Below, one piece after another: positions 49,221 through 58,038 of a stretch of 58,038 nt of DNA. The translations under genes and the position numbers were made by a program. Source of the DNA: Selaginella moellendorffii (Eukaryota > Plantae > Lycopodiophyta). Location: assembly GCF_000143415.4 (NCBI RefSeq), contig NW_003314289.1:383281-441318 (forward strand), in the 5' to 3' direction. Position 1 is the first letter of the stretch, and every line of letters starts with the position of its first letter. The notes beneath the pieces are model-generated. The model was not told the origin of the DNA. It did not search any database and saw only the letters and a list, made by a program, of their open reading frames with translations.

Positions 49221-49952
49221 ATGGGGGCCAAGTACAAGAAAGATGCGGCAATGGCTGCCGGTCCGCTGGTGGCGCTGCGCAGCAACTGCGATTCCTCCGC
49301 CGCGTCGCCACCGGATCAATCGCACGCCTCGGGCTGGCGCCACAACAGATTCCTCCGTGGCATTCTCAGAACGTTCATGAGCTTCTTGCCGATTCCGGCA
49401 TTTCCCCCTTGCAAGTGGCTCGCGCTCCCCCAGGGATCGTCCTCCTCCTCGCAGCAATCCGTGGGCAGCATCGTCGTCGGGACGCTCTACGGCTATCGTC
49501 GCGGTCACGTCTTCCTTGCCGTCCAAGAAGACCCCAAATCCGAGCCCGTGGTGCTGCTGGAGCTCGCGACGCCGACGAGCTGCCTGGTCCGGGAGATGTC
49601 GTCGGGGCTGCTGAGAATCGCGCTGGAATGCGAGCGCGGCGGCAGCAATCGGGGGTTTCTCTTCCAGGAGTCGATCTGGTCGATGTTTTGCAATGGGCGC
49701 AAGGCGGGCTACGCGGTGAGCCGGCATTGCGGCGCTAGCGATACCAGGGTCCTGGGTCTCGTCCAGTCGGTATCCATGGGCGCGGGGGTTCTTCCCGGGG
49801 AGAATCCCTCGCCCTCTCCCGGCGAGGAGCTCATGTACATGAGGGCCAAGTTCGAGAGGGTGGTCGGATCGAACGATTCGGAGGCGCTCTACATGGTGAA
49901 TCCCAACGGGAGTGGCGCGCCGGAGCTCAGCATTTTCTTCCTCCGGATCTAA
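49221..49952 (+). CDS. MIZ1: MIZU-KUSSEI1-like (DUF617) protein
   Basis: VGTLYGYRRGHV, LLELA.PT..LVREMSSGLLRIALECE, WSMFCNGRK.GYA, VSMGAGVLP, ELMYMRAKFERVVGS.DSEA.YM.NP, PELSIFFLRI. Confidence 0.95.
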   Translation: MGAKYKKDAAMAAGPLVALRSNCDSSAASPPDQSHASGWRHNRFLRGILRTFMSFLPIPAFPPCKWLALPQGSSSSSQQSVGSIVVGTLYGYRRGHVFLAVQEDPKSEPVVLLELATPTSCLVREMSSGLLRIALECERGGSNRGFLFQESIWSMFCNGRKAGYAVSRHCGASDTRVLGLVQSVSMGAGVLPGENPSPSPGEELMYMRAKFERVVGSNDSEALYMVNPNGSGAPELSIFFLRI

Positions 49953-50016
49953 GAGGCGATGACCTCGACTAGCTCTGCAGTGGCAATGCGATGGATCGTC
50001 GGTTGCGTGTAATATA

Positions 50017-50220
50017 AGTGTTTGTGTGTGTGTGTCTGTGTGTATGTGGGCTGTGTGTACATTTTAGCGTCTGGATCAGCGCAGCGAACGCTTGGCCGAC
50101 GAAAGTACTACAACCACACTGTTTTGTCAATAAGAAGGATATTCTTTATTCCTGTTTTGTCAGTTAGGAGAATATTCTTTATCCTGTTTTGTCGATAAGA
50201 CGAATATTCTGTAATCCTAA
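50017..50220 (+). repeat. (TG)n microsatellite followed by a 3-copy, about 32-bp minisatellite
   Basis: gtgtgtgtgtg at 50024-50045; TGTTTTGTC..TAAG...ATATTCTTTAT(T)CC repeated at about 50120, 50153 and 50185. Confidence 0.8.
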
Positions 50221-50549
50221 ATTTTTTATATAAGATTAAAGAATGATTTTATTTTAATGGTAATCTAAATTTTAAATTGATTAATTTAATCTTTCAAAGT
50301 TTCAGCTATCTTTTATGCTGAAAAAAAGGGCTCCATTGGAGACGAAATTGCGTTCCCTTGAGACTCAGACGCGAATACTTGAGCTTCAGCGATACGACCA
50401 TGAGCGATTTATGCATGAGAGGAAGAAAGTCAAGAGCTTCAACAACGTTTACAGAAAGAAACTCGAGAGCTTAAACAGCATTTACGGAAAGGCTTCAACA
50501 GCAAGGCAAGTCTCCAGATGGTATGTTCCTGATTATAGCTGAAAATCCT

Positions 50550-53500
50550 GACAATCTTTGGGAGACTATTGTGGACTCGTTGGTACTAGAAAAAGTCGAA
50601 AAAGTGCACTTCACTCCAAAAGGCAAACGACAGGAAAATCAAAATCAGGTCATACAAATACAAAGCACAAGTCCAGGAGGAACTTGATTACACCTCAAAC
50701 TTCCAGTCAACAGAGGACCACAACCAAAAAATTCTATTCACCAGACTCACCAACTTCCGTTGACACCAGCATTCAGAACCTTGCCAACGAACTGCAGATA
50801 AAACAACAGCCCCTCCTCCCTGTGGCCACAATACTGATGCAATCCTTGCAGGTGCCAGCCAGGGGGCTTGCCGAGGAGAAACGATTGGAGATGTTCCCAA
50901 CAAAACATACAAGACATACAAGAGTAGAAAGCCAAAAACAACTCAGCTGACCTTGCACTCCTCAGACTTTCTCTAGAAATAAGTCACTACAAACAACGCA
51001 TGGTTTGGAATCTGGAGTTGTGATCACCTGTGGTAGTTGCTGGTGGTGGCTTGGTTGTGTTCGGATCTGCCCTGTTGTGAGGCGACGACTGCACTTTGTT
51101 ACTTCAAACCTTTCTAACTTGTGCAAGAACATTCCAGAAATAGGGTACAAAGTGCCCTCAATTTGCTACACGTTGGAATGGCTTGACCACTGACATTGCT
51201 GGGTTTGGTCTGATGAATACCTGATCTCCATCCTCGTCAAAGGAAAAAAAAGAAGTCGTCGTTGCTGTGTGTTATTTCCCCCTTGCCTGGGTCCTCATAC
51301 AATCAAGTCTCCTCAATTGCCTTATGAAACACCAACTTAATTCCACTGTTGTCCTTGGGGACTTTAATGCTCGAACAGACTGCCAGCCGAGTTGCATACC
51401 ACACCAATGTCCCGGCACTCTGAACACAGAATTCTCAATAGAGTAGGGAAGCAACTTCTACAACTCGCTGATGTTGTGCCTCCAGATCTTAAATGGCACC
51501 TCGAAGTGGCCAGACACAACACATTACACCTGCTATACTACCAGCGTTGTTGACTATGCTCTCACCACACACAACAAACTTCCACTTGCAGAGTAGACCA
51601 GACCCCTGGGTCTCAGATCACTACCCATTGGAATTGTTTTACCACCATAACATACCCACTCTACAGTGAACGAGTGAAGAAACTGTGGTTGGATTCTACA
51701 CCACTAGAGGAACATGATGCACTCCTCCTACTACAGGTGCTCAGTACACCTTCCCACAGAACACTACCAAACAAGCTGGCAGATTCCCTAGAGACTACAT
51801 CACCTCAAAAAGCGTAAAACATGAGAGGGTGCACCTGATGCAGCAGACATTCAGCAACAATTCTGCCTGCTATGCAAATGGAAGCAACATCGCCACTGCC
51901 TCAAGAAGAATCTCGAGAATGTACGCCAAGCACTACACCACAAAAAGCTTTAGCTTGCAAAACCTATTCTCCTTGCCGACAAGCAACTCTACAGCCAACA
52001 GTCTCGAGACCAAATTGTCCCTGACAATGCTCACGAATACTTCATTTTAGAGAAGACTAAATCCTTGGAGCCATAGAGACTTTAATGATGCCAAGTTTGT
52101 GACATGATCTTCCCCTTGAAAATACTTCCGCCAATTTTTTTTAACGTGCGAACAGTGTTGAATGGACAATTAACCGTGTTTTCCAATCCACAAGTCTGGT
52201 GATCCTAGGCCACCTGAAAATTATCGCAATGGTGAGCTCCATTATTTGCAAGCATTCTTGAGTATCATCTTGTATTATGGAGTGAACTCAACTCCAAACG
52301 AGCTGTCGGCCAGGCAGGATTTAGACCACAGTATGGCTGCACAGATCATTTCATTATGCTACGCACATTGTATGAAAAATTCGCAAAACTAAAGCAACTC
52401 TTTTTTGTTTTGTTGATTTCAGTAAAGCATTTGTTACTGTAGCTCTTCTGGAGACTCTGGAAATTAAATGCACTGGTCAATGCAATTGAACACTTATATA
52501 CAAGCATACTAGCATAGTATCCAAGAGGCCAACCTGTACAATGCACTGTCGGGGTCAAACAAGGATGTCCTTGTCCCCCACTCTCTTCAGTTTTTAGACA
52601 CTCATTCGAAAACAGGATTTATCATAAATCTCCTCCTCTATGCTGATAGTTTACTCCTGTTCTCAACAGGCTTATAACACCAAGTTCACCACCTAGTAAG
52701 GTTCTGTCGCTTTATTGGCTTGTCTGTAAATCTCACAAAAACACAGACCATGATCCTTGGTCAAGTTGATCACAACAACATGAATGATGGTGATCTTCAC
52801 TATGAAAATCAAGTGCTTGTTCATGTTGAGAAATACAAGTACTTTGGTTACATGGTGCACACTAAGGATCCCTGGAAGACAGGAACAACATAAAGAATTC
52901 AAGCTGCCACCAATGCTTACTACGCACTCCAAAGTTATCTCAAACAAGTTGGCATCTTTTGATGGGACGCTGCAAGCAATATTATCACACCAAAGTCATC
53001 ACAGTATTGACATATGGAGGTGAGGTTTAGGACCTTGGCTTGCCAACAGCTGATAGAAGAAAATGGAGCAACTAAATTGCTAGTTTCTCAATGTTATGTT
53101 TGGATGCAACAAGGTGCCCATTGGGATCATGGAATCTGGTATACTCCCAATCGAGGTCTACATGTGGAGGAACACAATACAATACCTTCTGAATCTGATG
53201 GGCCACAAGTGAGAGAAAATGGTTCAATATGCTATCTCCAACTCCATTGAGCTTGCAGACACAACTGGATAAGGGTGGTTTCACACAAATGGACAACATG
53301 TCTTGGAATGGATCTTGACACTTTGCTTGACGAAAACATTGCCTATGTCCCAGCACAATGGCTTCAATGAGCATTTTGAATGGTGGTTCCAAGGTGCAGA
53401 TCATGATCAAAAGTTCCACCACTACCTCTCCACAATCAACATGGATCAAGGTGGGAATCTATCTCCCGCTGCCCTACTAGCCCTAATCCCAAGCCCTAAA

Positions 53501-53800
53501 ACCGCACATGCCCATGGGACAGAAACATTGTAGAATTTTCCCATTATACAGAACAAGCCAGCATCATCTTCACTCTGAGGTTGGATGCAAAATGCCAAGG
53601 GAGGGTACTTATTCACTCAAGCAATAAAAATTGTTCAACACTTTGTCCAAGATTGCATAGCTTACAACCTGCTGATAGCTTCACAGTGCCACTCCCTCAA
53701 CACAAAGAACATGTCTGACTTGGTGAATCTGTCAATAACAACATGCCTTGACTATCACCAACTTCAAACAAAACTCTAGATACATACAACATCATCAAAA
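50550..53800 (+). mobile_element. Decayed non-LTR retrotransposon (APE endonuclease + RT)
   Basis: VVLGDFNART (about 51348), SVVDYAL, SDH.P, QAGFRPQYGCTDH (52311), GVKQGCP (52551), LLLYAD (about 52630), KYKYFG. Confidence 0.88.
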
Positions 53801-53859
53801 CACCTTGCCTCAAGTGAAGACACTCCACTTGCTCAAGTGAAGGCATCTCCTACACAAAT

Positions 53860-56800
53860 TATAGGTTGATGCCCTATGTGGGCCCTCATGACCTTTATAA
53901 AGAGCCTATAATGTATCGATAAGGTTCTACAATGCTTTCAGATGGAGGATTGTACTTCAATCTATATGGATATTGAAACATGCAATAAGCTACTGGCCAT
54001 TCTTGAACCAAGGGAGTGAACTGTAGGCCAACCTCCCAACCCTTAGCCTTCATAGAATATCAAAATATTCATATAGTTTATATCATTCTCCCCTCCCTCA
54101 TGAACTAGCCTTGAGAAACTAAACAAGCCTCACATGAAGGGAAGGCAATATAGCTATGGAAAAAAAAATGTGCAAATCATAACACTAATATCACAATAAA
54201 CAACCACAAAAGAAAGAAAGCAATATAGCTTTCTCACATGATAACACGGTCATGGAAATAAGAGAATAAGAATAAAGAAATAGCTCAAATCATATAGCAA
54301 TACAACTATAGAACTCAATTCTCCCCTTCATCAGGAATGTTATTCAAGTCATAACCAAAACTCATAAATAATCTTTTCATGTCATCCTTAATTTCCATGT
54401 AGCCTTGTCTATAGAATAACCATTCCATTGAACCAACAACTCTTAAGTTATATTACAACATATCCTCACTAATGTCTGAGCAAGAATATTGAGGACTAAC
54501 TTTCTTAACATTAATCTTTGGGACATAAATGGGACTTGGATGATGGATTGCATGACATCACTAGCATGCAAACACAATTTAAGCTTGTTCATATGGAATA
54601 TCAGATAAATTTTCAAATTAGTTGGCAAGTCTAAAGTATAAACAAAATCCCCCACATGCTGTAAAGTCATCTAAGGCTCACAATATTATGGAGACAACTT
54701 AACACTACCACCTCCTTTTAAAGACTATTGTGCATTTGACAACTTAAGGAAAACTTTGTCACCAACTTTGTACTCTTAATAACAATAATGATCATTAGCT
54801 AATATTTTGTTTCATTCTTGAGTTTGTCTCATGTTTAAATTTGCCAACTCAAGTTTGTTTTGCATATCCTCCAAGAAATCACAAGCATGAGGCACTTGAA
54901 CCAAAGTTAATGTCGCTCCTCGCGACAACACATCAGCGAAATGGAGAATCACTATTGCCTAGCCTTGTCCTTGGCCTCATTGGGGACCTCTACTAGAACC
55001 TTTGCCAACATTCTAACCCAGGGTGCGCATAGGTTGGACAACTCACACAGATTAATTGATCTTGAGTGATTCTTGCTGTGATGTGCTCCTCAAACAATTG
55101 TAGTCACCCCTACACTGCCAACCTCTGCTCCATACATTCTAAGGCTGTCAAATGAGGCATCTTTCCAAGAACCTTCTCTTTTATTTCACTTCATTCACTT
55201 CTACAAACATGCTATGCCTGAAAATTGGCCATCCACCTCTCATCAACCTCTAGCACCAAGGGACACATCCTATTTCCAGCTGAATATTCCCTTATTCCCC
55301 CTCTATAACAAAAAAAAGAGAGGAAAAACTCCCAACTTTGACCAAGTCTTATTCTTGAGCTGGCTTTGGCCCTTGACATCGCCCCTGTGACAATTGTGTT
55401 TTGTCACCAGAGCACTCTTCTCCAAATGGAATATGATAGCGCTGCAGTCGTTCTCCGTTCATAGGTATAGGCAAAGGATCACCAACAAAATCCTCCAGCT
55501 TGACTAAGCCATTGATATTCACAGCCTTCACATGATAAGGTCCAATCTAGTAGATCTTAAGCTTACTTGGATGCTTCCAGTACTTGCTCTCGTATAGCAG
55601 CACAAGATCTCCTACCTGAAAACTCTTAACCCATAAATGATGATGATACCACTTCTTGCATTGATGTTGGAGAGCTTCACGAACTTGGAAAGCAAGGAGG
55701 TGAATCTCATCTAGCTTCTTTAACTGCTCCAGCCGTTGCTGAACAGCTCCATCCCAATCATAATTGTGAGCTATTGTTGTCTACAAAGAAGGAACTTCCA
55801 GCTCAAGAGGATCACCTCCTGGCCATAAACCAATTGAAATGGTGAGAACTGTGTAATTACCTTGTAGGCAACTCTGTAAGCCCATAGCACATTAAGAAAC
55901 TTGGTATCCCAATCGCTGGCACTTGCGTTGCAAAGCTTGGTCATGGTGTCATATAATGTCTTATTGGTTTTCTCAACTTGGCAATTTGCTCTTGGATGAT
56001 ATGGTGTTGAGCGTCAATGGGAAATGCCATACTTGGCTGTGAGAGCTACAATGACTGCATTAATAAAATGCGTACCTCAATCACTTACAAGTTCAAGTGG
56101 GCATGGACAGTTTGGTGAAATATGGCCCATCTCATCGCAATTCCAGCATTGAATAGGTCCTCTACAGGGAGCTCCTTGTCCACAACTGTCTAGCTTAGTC
56201 TCTAGTTTCTCAAAAACCATTTGCCAAAACTTGAATGTGAATTTGGGATTTTGATCACTCACATTGTCACTTGGCAAACCATAGAGACTAAATAACTAGT
56301 CTACAAACACCTAAGAAAGTTTAGAAGTTTTAATAGCCATCTTCATAAAATGGTCCATCATTTTTTTAAAAGATCTTGGGTAAATTAGTGATAAAGTCTA
56401 TCAAGATGTTATTCTATTCACTCTTGGGTACATGTAAAGTATGATAGAGGCCAATGAGCTTTTGATGATCAACTTTGACCACTTGGCAAGTTAAATAACC
56501 ACATATGTACTTTTCAACATTTAACTCCATCTTAGGCCAAAAGAAATGTGTTTTTACCAACACATACATCCTTAGTACCCTCAGATGCTTAACATTTGGC
56601 ACATCATAACACTCAACCAAAATTTATTTGATGAGTTTATCAATACAAGGAACCACCACACATCCCTTCTTCACTAGAATTCCATCTTGTATATCAAATA
56701 ACACAAACTTATCACCCTTCAAATTTGTAGAGGTGTCTCTCAACAAAACCTTTATACGAATATCATTGATAAAGGAGTTGAAGTTAGTAAATTCTAAGAG

Positions 56801-57240
56801 ATTATAGGATAGTTTTACAAATGAGATAGAATTCATTATCTTGGATAATGCATTAACCACCTTATTGTCACCTCCATATTTTTACTGGATCTTAACAAAC
56901 TATGGAATCAACTCTCATACCATGCATCGAAATTAAATGTCCAAAATATTCAATCTCCTTAAAAAAAAAAATCGCACTTGGACAACTTCAAGTAGACCTT
57001 ATTGTCCCTCAAGAGTTGCAAAAATCTCATGTTTCTCCATAGTAGAGTTGAACACTAGGATATCATCAAAGTAATCAATCACAAACTTCCTCAAATGTAA
57101 AAATTATTTCTTCAACCTTTGAAAAGTTGTAAGAGCATTTGTCAAACCAAATGGCATTACCAAAAACTTATAGTAATTCATCCTTGTTTGGAATGCTATC
57201 TTTGGAATAGCCTTTGGCTTGGCACAAATCTAATGATACT
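53860..57240 (-). mobile_element. Decayed chromovirus-type Gypsy (RT, integrase, chromodomain, PPT, probable 3' LTR) interrupted by another Gypsy fragment at about 54911-56185
   Basis: Chromodomain ELLVQWNGYSIDKATWK (about 54392-54442), PPT GAAGGGGAGAA (about 54319-54329), integrase (FFWPKM...C.TCQ; SDQNPKFT.KFW), RT (YFDDI). Insert carries a second integrase (STPYHPRAN.QVE) and a zinc knuckle CWNCDEMGH...C. Confidence 0.87.
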
Positions 57241-57249
57241 TGTCTCTAA

Positions 57250-57620
57250 TACATATAAAATATTCTCAGAATATTCCAGTGGTCCATGTTAGAGATTAAC
57301 CCTAATCTCTCCTTTGATTGTGTTTGTTTTTTAAATATGGAGAGAAACATAAAAGCCATGCAACATTTCTCTTATTGAGCTGTTGTGGGTAGTCTCATTT
57401 ATTTATTAGTTTATATTTGTCCAAATCTAGCATATACAATGGCATTATTGCTAAGTTTTCTGAGAATCTAGGCATATTAGTAGGCAATCAAGTGATTTTT
57501 TTATTATCTTCAAGGGACTTGGTCCTTTGCCTTTACTTACTCCTCTGTCTTAGATGCTAGCTTTCAGTTACATGGATTTTGTGATGCCGACTAAGGTGGC
57601 TACTAGGAAGATAGGCACTT
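57250..57620 (+). mobile_element. Ty1/Copia RT-RNase H fragment
   Basis: AVVGSLIYL...PNLAY and HGFCDAD*GG..EDR (Copia RNase H start). Confidence 0.8.
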
Positions 57621-58038
57621 ATGCACACTGAGGAGCATAGGACCCTAATCTAGTTTGTGTCTCCCTCACACTCGCTCTCTACTCATCTTCAATCTTCAAC
57701 CTTCTTCTTGCACACTCTATTTCCTTAAGGTACTATATGATATGGTTTATAAAGTTTAATTATGTAAAACTTACCAGCATGTTAAGACTTTGCATAGAAT
57801 ACTTGAAAATCACAAGAGCCTTGCAAAACCTGTGTCAAACAAAAATTAAAGTTTAGCATTTTAGAGTCACCTAGCTGCAACTTGCACAAGCTCTATAGCA
57901 AGCTTAGAAGCACTACAAACTTCTTGGAGCTTTTAAACTTGGATAGATTCTTTGGGATAAAATGCCACTAAGCAACTCGTCTCATTACATACGCAAAGAT
58001 GAAAATGATGATCTGAGTGGAATACATTTGGTGTATGC

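Overview
Eukaryotic, non-seed land-plant genomic window. The very short (about 50-60 nt) introns, compact gene spacing, telo-boxes and gene content point to a lycophyte such as Selaginella; this is inferred, not verified. A gene-dense core (about 10.4-50 kb) is flanked by decayed retroelements: Ty3/Gypsy at 1-9.8 kb, and LINE, chromovirus-type Gypsy and Copia fragments at 50-58 kb. Recognisable genes: Integrator subunit 2 (INTS2), an SCP/FCP1-like CTD phosphatase with a DxN active site, a four-helix-bundle/NB-ARC/LRR NLR, a GC-rich retropepsin-like pseudoprotease, TDP1-beta, V-ATPase subunit e, a secreted Cys/Trp repeat peptide, NHL/LEA_2, a stand-alone polyphenol-oxidase C-terminal domain, CYP88/KAO-like P450, DUF760, EFFECTOR OF TRANSCRIPTION, XTH, an IFI6/IFI27 (ISG12)-like protein, RAD4/XPC, PPR and MIZ1. 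There are also decayed bulb-type lectin and AP2/ERF pseudogenes. Most notable: (i) an NLR sandwiched between two intronless predicted pseudo-enzymes, one of which looks like a domesticated Gag-protease; (ii) animal-type genes rarely described in plants (INTS2, IFI27-like); (iii) a 5-repeat C-x(2-4)-G-x-[HS]-W...C secreted peptide. Family calls rest on remembered motifs; no database searches were run.
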